The notes under the pieces were generated by a model that worked only from the letters and a program-made list of their open reading frames with translations, had not been told where the DNA came from and searched no databases. Made by a program: the position numbers and the translations under genes. From assembly GCA_913055805.1 (NCBI GenBank), contig CAJXLF010000006.1:1735-65734 (forward strand): DNA of 64,000 bases, in the 5' to 3' direction. Below are positions 56,303 to 64,000 of this stretch, piece after piece (the first letter of the stretch is position 1; each line of letters opens with the position of its first letter). The DNA is from an uncultured Salinisphaerales bacterium. GTDB lineage: Bacteria; Pseudomonadota; Gammaproteobacteria; Nevskiales; CAJXLF01.

Positions 56303-58378
56303 TTAGTCTCGATTTTGGGGCTCACCGAAAAAGTCAACGTACGCTTTTCTATCAAAACTAATATGAATATGTGTGCCATTGGGCTTATTGTCGTATGTGA
56401 CTCTCTTCAGTTCACCGCCATAATAAAATGATAGACGTCGCCCAACACCCCATTGTTGCTCCACATCGCTGCCAGAATCTTTTCCCTCTCGCTGATTTAA
56501 TTTAGAGGCAAGAAGAGCCTTGTCTTCATGCACCGCGCCGGGAGTAACACTTTGCCGAGTATCCCCAATATCCGATGTACGTTCCTCAACAATGACCATG
56601 TATAAATCACCTAACGACTCCGAGATTTTTTTTGCGTCGTTATGTCTAACGCTCGGCAAAACAGCCTCTACCTTTACGGGCTCGGGGTTAGTGAATGGGG
56701 CGGGAACCGCTACGGAAGGAACTTCGACCTTTTGAGCCATATGAACGAAGTCAACCCCTCCACGCAAGGAATGATTTCCGGAAGGATCATCTTTAGGGTC
56801 TCGCTTTGCTGAGGTAATCTGATAATTCTCGTTGGCTAACTTTTCTCGCATCTTCTTTTCAATTTCTGCTCTCAAATTTTTATCAATTTCTGATTTCTTC
56901 GCGTTAACAACTTGTTGCTCTTCCCATCTTTTTTTTTCATTTTCATCGCGCAAGCGTTTCGCTTTTTCCTCGCGCGCCCTGGCTTCTTGTTCTTCGTACA
57001 GACGCTGGCGTTTTCTCTCCTCTTCTACTGACCCATAATATTTGCAATGAGCCATACATCGATCTGCTTTTGCAATCGATAATTCCGAATCGACTCGTCC
57101 TTTGTGACATGGCTCAAAAATCCCATAGTAGCTATCCCGAAAGCCATAACATGAAGTTGATAACTTCTGACGTAGAGCTGATATCTTCTCTACAGGACAA
57201 CTAGCGGCCACTGATGAAGCCACACGATTCCTACATTCGGTGCCATACGGTTCGAGCATGTTCCAGCATCTACCAAAGGGCAGCCCATCAACGTAAACCG
57301 TATTCCTCATTGGGAAGGAACGATGCTGATCAGTTGGTTGTCTTGGTGAATCGGCCGCACAAAATTTGAAATATATATCTGGACTAATGTAGGCCCTATC
57401 ACAAAGATCATTTATTACGCGTTTTTGCAGGCTATCATCTTTCGAATTTCGCCTCTGCTTATCGTCACCACGCGCTCCTGGTGTTCTCTCTGAATATTGC
57501 TGAATAACAAATCTCGACAAATCCTCAAAACACGATGGTGTAGACCATTGCTTTTCCGCCTTGTATCCGAAAGCCGACCGATAAGTTAAAAACCGCATGT
57601 CTTGAGATGGTTCAATCTCAGGAATTGCCCAGGCCACAAGCGAGAACGCGGCATCTAAGGACTCCCCCGTTAACAACCGTCCTACACAAGAAATATCATT
57701 GCAATAATGCTCAAAATCACGCTTACCTAGCTTTGATGACAACTCTCGATCGACAATATTAACTGCTTCTTGAAACGTTCTTATACTTCTTGCCGACGTT
57801 GGATCATCGAAAAATTCAAGCTCCCGATTATCAAAAAGTTGAGGTAGCCAATCTGCCTGAGAAGTTACAGGCACGCCATCTAAAGCATCAAGCCGAAGCC
57901 AGTCAATCGCAAGCGAAGCAGGAGAAAGCCCTAACCCCATATCAGTTGCTGAAAATTTAAGAGTGTTTTGGCATGTGTTAGGTAGAAGCTTATTTAGCTC
58001 ATCTTCCAAGGTCCGTTCACGTAGCACCACGAATGCATTAAACCAAATACGAAATGCTGTTAGACCCAAGTCACTCTTCAAATCAAATCCACCTCGGGTC
58101 TCACGCGCGATAGCATGTGCAGCTTTAACAATGGTTGCTTCACGAACTGCTTTTTCGCACGGAGTCAATGGCTTTGATGGCTGCTCTAAAAGGTCAAATG
58201 CCAAAACTTTAGTGGATATTCCAGAGGCAACTAAAATAAAGAGGAAACATCCCAACCAGCCTTTCATATGCTTCGGTTTATTCATGTATGCAGAAGCACA
58301 ATGTTTATAAGTTCGTTTCTTAGTAAACAGATTACCCTGTCCGGCGAATCTAACACCCAGATCTTCTGATTCGGACAT
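56303..58378 (-). CDS. 691-aa membrane-anchored Cys-rich protein with an E/K/R-rich coiled coil, unknown function
   Basis: It has a GGGAGAA SD before ATG 58378 and one TM or signal anchor (WLGCFLFILVASGISTKVLA). A charged stretch reads EEERKRQRLYEEQEARAREEKAKRLRDENEKKRWEE. It is low-GC. Confidence 0.6.
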   Translation of the reverse strand: MSESEDLGVRFAGQGNLFTKKRTYKHCASAYMNKPKHMKGWLGCFLFILVASGISTKVLAFDLLEQPSKPLTPCEKAVREATIVKAAHAIARETRGGFDLKSDLGLTAFRIWFNAFVVLRERTLEDELNKLLPNTCQNTLKFSATDMGLGLSPASLAIDWLRLDALDGVPVTSQADWLPQLFDNRELEFFDDPTSARSIRTFQEAVNIVDRELSSKLGKRDFEHYCNDISCVGRLLTGESLDAAFSLVAWAIPEIEPSQDMRFLTYRSAFGYKAEKQWSTPSCFEDLSRFVIQQYSERTPGARGDDKQRRNSKDDSLQKRVINDLCDRAYISPDIYFKFCAADSPRQPTDQHRSFPMRNTVYVDGLPFGRCWNMLEPYGTECRNRVASSVAASCPVEKISALRQKLSTSCYGFRDSYYGIFEPCHKGRVDSELSIAKADRCMAHCKYYGSVEEERKRQRLYEEQEARAREEKAKRLRDENEKKRWEEQQVVNAKKSEIDKNLRAEIEKKMREKLANENYQITSAKRDPKDDPSGNHSLRGGVDFVHMAQKVEVPSVAVPAPFTNPEPVKVEAVLPSVRHNDAKKISESLGDLYMVIVEERTSDIGDTRQSVTPGAVHEDKALLASKLNQREGKDSGSDVEQQWGVGRRLSFYYGGELKRVTYDNKPNGTHIHISFDRKAYVDFFGEPQNRD

Positions 58379-58597
58379 CGTTATTCTCCCAGCCCACCCG
58401 AGAAACGATTTTCACTCCGAGCATGGGCGTTATCAACTGGATGTATGAACCGGAGCGTATGGCTATTAGCTCAGACGCTTCAATTAAATACTTATTGCAG
58501 TAATCTAATTTGATCGATTTGGCGTTTCTGCAAAACAGATATGTGTCAAAATTTCACACCGTAAGGCACGACACACGAACGCGCTCGGGCCAGGCAA

Positions 58598-58650
58598 GGG
58601 CCCCAGTTTTAGCCCCATAGGGGCGATCGCCAAAGGCGAAAAACTGGGCC
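58598..58650 (+). repeat. GC-rich nested-hairpin element, unit A
   Basis: The outer stem is CCCAGTTTT/AAAACTGGG. It encloses the hairpins GCCCC-ata-GGGGC and TCGCC-aaa-GGCGA. Confidence 0.65.
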
Positions 58651-58690
58651 TGGCGCAGCGCATAAATCCGCCGCAATGGATCACGAAACG

Positions 58691-58740
58691 GGCCCCGATT
58701 TTAGGCCGCAGGCCGTTCGCCCAAGGGCGAAAAATTGGGT
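58691..58740 (+). repeat. GC-rich nested-hairpin element, unit B
   Basis: The outer stem is CCCGATTTT/AAAATTGGG, with one G:T wobble and one compensatory change relative to unit A. It encloses GGCC-gca-GGCC and TCGCCC-aa-GGGCGA. Confidence 0.65.
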
Positions 58741-58910
58741 CGTGATCGCGGCGACAAACGCGACGAAACGAAGTGCAGGAGCGGCCGCCCGCCCCGTCCC
58801 GGGGCTGCCCTGGTTTGCGGGGCCGACCGCGCGGCCTAGCGCGGCGGAGTCCGAGGGCCCCCAGGCCCGGAGGACCCATGAGAACCGAAGCCCGAAAACG
58901 AGCAGGTACG

Positions 58911-58986
58911 GGCCCCGAACTGTCCGCCAACGGCGGCAGTTTGGGCCTGCGAGTTTCGGGTCCGCCCGCAGGGCGGAGTTCGAAAT
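58911..58986 (+). repeat. GC-rich nested-hairpin elements, units C and D
   Basis: Unit C has the outer stem CCCGAACTG/CAGTTTGGG, with a G:T at the same position as unit B, around CCGCC-aac-GGCGG. Unit D has TTTCG/CGAAA around TCCGCCC-gca-GGGCGGA. Confidence 0.6.
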
Positions 58987-59200
58987 GGCCCGCGAAGCGG
59001 GGCAGCCGCGGAACGCGGCGGGCGGCGCAAGGTCCGACAGGACCGCGCAGGCGAGCATGCTCGCCGAAGTCTTACAGACGAAGCAAATCACTGATTTGCA
59101 AGGCATCTAAGTTAGCGAGCACGGCTCGCGTGGCGCCAGAAAGGGGTGCTGTCGCCGGGGTAACCACCCTACTACTGCCACGCCTATGCCACGTCAGCGC

Positions 59201-59244
59201 CGGGGTGTGGTGCCGGTGTGGCTGTAGACGAGGTGCGGGTGTGG
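59201..59244 (+). repeat. Iteron-like direct repeats C(G)GGTGTGG x3
   Basis: The copies are at 59201-59210, 59213-59221 and 59236-59244, directly upstream of the SD and ATG at 59256. Opposite-sense CCACNNC motifs lie at 59164, 59178 and 59189. Confidence 0.35.
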
Positions 59245-59255
59245 AGGATTTAACG

Positions 59256-60191
59256 ATGCAAGAGCAATCTCACTGGGACCATCTGCCGGAAGACCTGGAA
59301 GAAGAATTGGTGGCCGAGTTGTCGATGCGCGAGCTTCTCGAAATGGAGCAACCAGAACCAACTCCCCCACCGCCGAACGCCGGCGTCGCAGACAAGCGCT
59401 GGGGTGGCAACAAGGCCCGAGTACGAGGGCGAAAAAAGACGCAAACTCTGTTGGGCCACTTAGGCAGCTTCGGGGTTATTGACGAGCCGGTGATAGAGCG
59501 CTTACTCGGGATCAGCAATCGGTCAGCGAGGCGTACTCTCGATAACATGGTCGAGCGTAAACTAATCAGGCACGAACCCGCTGATTCCTGTCGTCAGAAA
59601 CTTTATCACTTGACGCCCTTCGGCCGTCGCCAGGCACAAGGTTACCAAGACGAACTTTACCAGGAAATGACCCTACCAACTTCACCATCCCGGATCAGGC
59701 ATGGCCAGGCATGTCATGACTTGTTGTGCGGACTCCTGGCCGTGGAGCTGGCGTCCGAACTGGACGGCACAATTTATTCCGCAGCCGAACTCGATCACCA
59801 GGGCAGCGGCTACGGATTTGATGGAAGTAGAACACCCGATTTTCGCATCGATTTCACAGATGCCGACGACATCGACAGAACCGTCATTGTGGAACTCGAA
59901 CAGGAGCGCAAAGACCACGACCTGATCCGCCGAATCCTAAGTGGATACTCGGCCAACCATACCGCCGGCCGAATCCATGAATTGCGTATCTATTCGACTC
60001 GCAAGTCGTCCCTATCGGGTTGGAAAAAAGTCCTCAGCCAGCGCGGCTACGCATACTTCTGGAACGATGATCATAAACGTTGGTATCGGAACGAAATTGA
60101 GGACGATCCGATGACCGATGACTTTCGTAAGTCAGTGAAAATTATACTTCTACAGAAGCGCTATCACGGGTTGTATTACTACGGTCCGTGA
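59256..60191 (+). CDS. Replication-relaxation family-like protein (wHTH plus PD-(D/E)xK-like C-terminus)
   Basis: ORF 58773..60191, trimmed to ATG 59256 (GGAGGA SD) because the upstream part is the GC-rich non-coding block. It has the wHTH VIERLLGISNRSARRTLDNMVERKLI. It also has HGQACHDLL and TPDFRIDF...VIVELEQ. Confidence 0.5.
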   Translation: MQEQSHWDHLPEDLEEELVAELSMRELLEMEQPEPTPPPPNAGVADKRWGGNKARVRGRKKTQTLLGHLGSFGVIDEPVIERLLGISNRSARRTLDNMVERKLIRHEPADSCRQKLYHLTPFGRRQAQGYQDELYQEMTLPTSPSRIRHGQACHDLLCGLLAVELASELDGTIYSAAELDHQGSGYGFDGSRTPDFRIDFTDADDIDRTVIVELEQERKDHDLIRRILSGYSANHTAGRIHELRIYSTRKSSLSGWKKVLSQRGYAYFWNDDHKRWYRNEIEDDPMTDDFRKSVKIILLQKRYHGLYYYGP

Positions 60192-60266
60192 ACGGTCCAT
60201 GAACAGAGTAAGATCACCGCCATAACTTTCAGGACAAATACGGTTACTTCTCACGTAGAATCCGGC

Positions 60267-62846
60267 TCAGTAGTTCGAAGCAGCCTCACTCCTGTAAAGC
60301 TGTTCAGCTTCGCTAGCTGAGCGAACAGCATCGCGTACTTTCTGGTCCATCAAGTCCAGAACACGAAGCTGGTTATCAACTTCGCCAATCGATTCGATAC
60401 GGTGGAACTCGCCCCCAAAGGCTTCAACAAAATCTGCCAGGCCTCGAAGCTTCGGCAAGGCATCGCTTAGATGGGTTCCATGTGGATCCACGATGGACAC
60501 CTTTACGTCCTCATCTTTGCCGTGGAAGAAAATGAAATCCGGACACATGCGCCGCCAGTTCTCGTTGTCATCCTGCCAAGCTACAGCCAGCGCATCTTCC
60601 GAGGCTCGCGATGGGTTGCGATACCAGGCCAGGCAATCACCACGGCCCAGCTCCTTGTCCAGCACAGCCAACTCCCATGAATTGAGTCCGCCGACCGGGA
60701 ATTGCCCCTGCTTATCGGACATCAGGTGCAAGGCACGTGTGGCCAGTAGCTTGCCCTGCTCATCCATGGTGCTCTCAGAACGTACACGCGGTCGTTGTAG
60801 CTCTATCTTCTGAGGTTGGGGCGACATAGCCTTGATCTCGGAATAAACAGCTCGGCGCACGTCTGACAAGTCCATTATCTTCACGCGGTACTTATCAAAC
60901 CACTGACTCGCCAGATCGCTGGCTTCCGCCTCAATCTTATCCACAACTGGGGCCAACCCCTGTATATCCATCTTACCGATGGCCGCTACTCTAATGTGAG
61001 CGTCGTAAAGGGTATCGTCGTCATCAGGGTCGGCCAGATGATCAGCGTAACGTTTGGCCAGTTCCGGGCCAAGAATCCGCCCCGCTGTCCGGTAATCGGC
61101 ATCGACGGCCAACTCGTCTGCCCTTTCGGAGAAATGCTCCTCGTCAGCTACATGACCATCGACCACATTCACTCTGCGTGTTATGCCAGAGACTTCCTGG
61201 ACATCCTTTTCGGCCTGCTCGAGTTTCTCGGGGTACCTCTTACACAGCGCATCCAGCACCTTACAAAGTTCACCGTAGGCCTCATTCACAGCTCCCTTGC
61301 GTAGTCCATCGCGCGACAACGCCTGTGCTAAGGCCGTGTAGCGCGAAACCGCCTTGGCGGCTTTGCGTGGCAGGGTATGCGAGGGCAAGTTGTCAAAGAC
61401 AGTCCACACGGCTTCTGGAATCGCCGGGTTGACTTCCATATCAAGCGGTGCGGTCAGCACGCGCCTCCCTTCCCCGCCACCTGACCCGGAGTTATCGTGC
61501 TGGCTATCGCCGGTCATGGCTCTAGCCACTTCGGTCGCCGTGTTTTCGTTAAACTTGGGCAGAACGCAAGTCACGGAATTCAGTAGATCATTGCCTGGTA
61601 TGCGCCGTGCCAGCGGAGTGCGCACCATGCGACCAAGTAGTTGGGTGATATAAGTCACATCCTGTGCGGACCGAAACGACACGAACACTTCCGCGCGCGG
61701 GCAATCCCAGCCAGTTGAAATCGCATCCTTGGCCAGCAGAACCCGGATATGTGTCTGGTCTTGCACCATCTGCGGACGTATATAGCACGCGGTATACCCG
61801 CCAACTTCAATATCCGCATGCTCGCCAAAAACATGGGCCACAGCATCGGCAGACAGCTCCGGCCATTCGCTGGTGATCGCCTGGAACACGGCCAGCAAGT
61901 CGGCGTCCGTGGGTTTGTTCGGCATCTGCACCACCATCAGTGGCGTAACAGCATCTTCCCCTTGTCCTTCAACGTAGTTTTGCCACAGCTCCGTGGATTC
62001 ACGCAGCAGACGGGTTGCCCGCCTGAGCAGCGAAGTGTCAAAGACACCGACCTCGGCCGGAAAATCCAGGCGGATGTCGTCTTTCAAAAGGCCGGACTCC
62101 TGCACCCGTGCCGGATCCACCACCACATTGGGATATTTCACCCGGTTCGGGGTATTACGCATGGCCGTGTCGAAGCGCTCAACGGTGGCGGAAATACCCC
62201 AGACAACAGGCACGGGCGGCATGCCGTTCACACCGTTTATCAGCTTCTGGACGATGGTTGCACGCTCCTTGTTCGCCTTCATCCCCCTATGTGCTTCATC
62301 GAGAATCAGGTACAGCGTGAGATTTTGGTCTTCAATGGTGTTGCGCAGAATGTCCCACATGCTATGGGCGCGATTATCCGGTGGTGGCATACCGGCCAGC
62401 GGTTGCTGAGGGTCGTCTTCTTCACCGCCCTCGGCGCCACGCACCAACAAGGCACTCTTGCTGAGCTTCTGGGCATTAAGAAAATACACCTTGCCCGGTT
62501 CCAGCTTATCTTGGTTGAATGGATAATCGATAACGACCAGCCGCGAATGCGAAATCTTGTCGGCGGCATCCATCAATTTGAAGCGCGTCTGCTCGTTTAG
62601 TGACGGATCATCGGTAAACCACAGCACCACAGCGCCAGGATCGGCTTCAAAGTTGTGTTCGGGATTGCCGTCGAACAGGGCCTCAATGGCGGCAGCGGCC
62701 ATGACGGTCTTCCCCGCACCCGTAGTCGCCGTGAGGGAAAAAGCCACCGGACGATTCTTGCGCTGCCAAGCGTCGCGGGCGTCGCGCAGATTGTCCAACA
62801 CATCGGCGACCGCATCCTCCTGATAATCTTTGAGCGTGTAACGCAT
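60267..62846 (-). CDS. Type III restriction Res-like SF2 helicase-nuclease
   Basis: Helicase motifs are TATTGAGKT, LILDEAHRG, ISAT and QLLGRMVRTP. The C-terminal nuclease-like region is CPDFIFF...VSIVDPHG. The start overlaps the Mod stop (TGATG). Confidence 0.7.
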   Translation of the reverse strand: MRYTLKDYQEDAVADVLDNLRDARDAWQRKNRPVAFSLTATTGAGKTVMAAAAIEALFDGNPEHNFEADPGAVVLWFTDDPSLNEQTRFKLMDAADKISHSRLVVIDYPFNQDKLEPGKVYFLNAQKLSKSALLVRGAEGGEEDDPQQPLAGMPPPDNRAHSMWDILRNTIEDQNLTLYLILDEAHRGMKANKERATIVQKLINGVNGMPPVPVVWGISATVERFDTAMRNTPNRVKYPNVVVDPARVQESGLLKDDIRLDFPAEVGVFDTSLLRRATRLLRESTELWQNYVEGQGEDAVTPLMVVQMPNKPTDADLLAVFQAITSEWPELSADAVAHVFGEHADIEVGGYTACYIRPQMVQDQTHIRVLLAKDAISTGWDCPRAEVFVSFRSAQDVTYITQLLGRMVRTPLARRIPGNDLLNSVTCVLPKFNENTATEVARAMTGDSQHDNSGSGGGEGRRVLTAPLDMEVNPAIPEAVWTVFDNLPSHTLPRKAAKAVSRYTALAQALSRDGLRKGAVNEAYGELCKVLDALCKRYPEKLEQAEKDVQEVSGITRRVNVVDGHVADEEHFSERADELAVDADYRTAGRILGPELAKRYADHLADPDDDDTLYDAHIRVAAIGKMDIQGLAPVVDKIEAEASDLASQWFDKYRVKIMDLSDVRRAVYSEIKAMSPQPQKIELQRPRVRSESTMDEQGKLLATRALHLMSDKQGQFPVGGLNSWELAVLDKELGRGDCLAWYRNPSRASEDALAVAWQDDNENWRRMCPDFIFFHGKDEDVKVSIVDPHGTHLSDALPKLRGLADFVEAFGGEFHRIESIGEVDNQLRVLDLMDQKVRDAVRSASEAEQLYRSEAASNY

Positions 62847-64000
62847 CAGTCGCGGCCTGTGTTGATGGTGAAATTGGTCAGATAGGACGAATACAATCGC
62901 ACCGCTTCCACCCGTTCCGGGAGGTCACGACAAAGAGCGGCAAACCCCCGATCGTCATCGGTGACGATGAAGGCCATGCGTACTGCCTCGGCCTCGTGTA
63001 TTGCAGCTAGAAAACCCTTTGCCTCATCGAGATCGAACAGCACGCCGTAGGTATCGGCCAAGTCAAAGCCACCCACGGCCTTATCTATGCGCCGACCCTT
63101 TGATCCTGCCCGCATCCACAACAACGGCGCGATTGACTTGAAGCTGCGGTGATGTGCTACCGGACGCGGGGCTTCGTAACTCATAGTGAAAAACTCGACG
63201 TTTTCCTTGAAGCCGTCTGCCATCGGGAATGCGTCAGTGAACTTGTATTCCCCTTTGATCATCTCGCCTTCTGGCGTTCTGCCCGTAATCGCGGCCTTGA
63301 TGCGGGGTTTTGTGATGTATTCGCATATACCCAGGGCTTCCCATTCCGGGTCGCTTGGTCGCAGTCCTTTCTCGCGCAGCAACTTCTGTTCATCAGCGGA
63401 GACTTCATTGTTAGTCACGCTAATGCACTGGCGGCTGCCGCCGTCTTGCTTGTTCAGTCGCATCACTGCATGACAGGTGGTGCCGGATCCGGAGAAGAAA
63501 TCGAGAATCACAGCATCGGGTTTGTTAGCAACGAAGAAGCGTAGAGAGTCTTCAACGGCGTAGAGAGATTTTGCGTAATCAAACGGAACAGAAGGAATCA
63601 ACTTACCGAGAAGCCCGGTTCCGTGCTCGCTTGCGCTATGTGCTGTCCGAAACCAAGCAGTTTTAGGCGCTGTTCGTTTTGAATCTTCACGAGCGTATTC
63701 GACCCGCAATGAACCGTCAGCATCGTGACCAGTCGCAACAATCTCTCCTGATAGCAGCTGCTCACGCTGTGAATCGGTTAAATAAGAGATAGGGAAACTA
63801 CCTTTTTCCAAATCGACCCGACCCAACTTGATAGCGCCCATCTTAAGTAGTTCATCGAATGTTTCCTTTACAACAGACCATCGGCCATGTGCGCCATTTG
63901 GACGTGGTGTAGGCCAGACGGCAACCGTGCCTGGGGGTGGTTTGACGCTCGAACCATCGTCCCCGTCTGGCGGCACCTCTCCAGAGCCCAAAATGCGATT
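62846..64000 (-). CDS. Type III Mod-like N6/N4 DNA methyltransferase (partial, 5' end beyond the window)
   Basis: The AdoMet motif I is ILDFFSGSGTTCHAV. The frame is open to the window edge, and the DPPY motif is expected upstream, outside the window. Confidence 0.8.
   Translation of the reverse strand, partial: NRILGSGEVPPDGDDGSSVKPPPGTVAVWPTPRPNGAHGRWSVVKETFDELLKMGAIKLGRVDLEKGSFPISYLTDSQREQLLSGEIVATGHDADGSLRVEYAREDSKRTAPKTAWFRTAHSASEHGTGLLGKLIPSVPFDYAKSLYAVEDSLRFFVANKPDAVILDFFSGSGTTCHAVMRLNKQDGGSRQCISVTNNEVSADEQKLLREKGLRPSDPEWEALGICEYITKPRIKAAITGRTPEGEMIKGEYKFTDAFPMADGFKENVEFFTMSYEAPRPVAHHRSFKSIAPLLWMRAGSKGRRIDKAVGGFDLADTYGVLFDLDEAKGFLAAIHEAEAVRMAFIVTDDDRGFAALCRDLPERVEAVRLYSSYLTNFTINTGRD

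Noticed and set aside
58461-58477. GGCTATTAGCTCAGACG, which resembles the acceptor stem and D-arm start of a tRNA and could have been an island attachment-site remnant.
   Set aside because: The match stops after about 14-17 nt. There is no D-stem closure, anticodon arm or T-arm (GTTCGAATC-like) sequence, and no matching repeat at the other island edge within the window.
58505-59110. Three mutually overlapping ORFs of 141-144 aa (58505..58930 minus, 58676..59110 plus, 58681..59106 minus), plus the 5' 161 codons of ORF 58773..60191.
   Set aside because: They overlap each other on both strands. They are Arg/Pro/Gly/Ala-rich with no motifs and coincide with the hairpin-dense GC-rich block. A good SD and ATG at 59256 explains the only real gene. 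I treated them as non-coding.
58590-59130. Interpreting the nested-hairpin block as a retron msr/msd or as a CRISPR-like array.
   Set aside because: There is no reverse transcriptase or cas gene anywhere in the window. The units are not regularly spaced identical repeats with unique spacers.

Overview
The window has two parts. Positions 1-39,900 are high-GC chromosome (spot count 41/60 G+C at 39001-39060) of proteobacterial type. This part is packed with catabolic and redox operons. They include two PheA/TfdB-type FAD monooxygenases, a fused 1146-aa indolepyruvate-type 2-oxoacid:ferredoxin oxidoreductase, a P450, two FAH-family hydrolases and two acyl-CoA synthetases. There is also a VOC dioxygenase-like protein, a pirin, several SDRs, a form-II CoxLSM-like molybdoenzyme with distant XdhC/MocA maturation genes, a reductase-phaC-phaZ PHA locus and a Cys-type sulfatase with its FGE. 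A TetR and a LysR regulator are present, and I could read candidate operators for both directly from the sequence. At about 39,950 the composition drops sharply (26/60 G+C at 40021-40080) and an accessory island runs to the right edge. The island carries a 1356-aa orphan STAND/KAP-like P-loop NTPase with an XRE regulator and a small secreted/lipoprotein cluster. It also carries an SRAP (YedK-like) gene whose last 36 nt are duplicated 2.1 kb downstream. That duplication brackets a three-gene nuclease-type cassette. Further right are a CoiA-like nuclease, a GNAT, a possible HEPN protein, an IS3 transposase remnant, a LexA-boxed umuDC operon and a 691-aa Cys-rich membrane-anchored protein. A roughly 650-bp GC-rich non-coding block of nested hairpins with compensatory changes follows, then iteron-like repeats, a replication-relaxation-like gene and a type III-like Mod/Res pair cut by the window edge. 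No rRNA, complete tRNA or CRISPR array was seen. The best candidates for something undescribed are the repeat-bracketed three-gene cassette, the giant effector-less NTPase and the structured GC-rich block. Every functional call comes from motif reading and recall of protein families, not from database searches.
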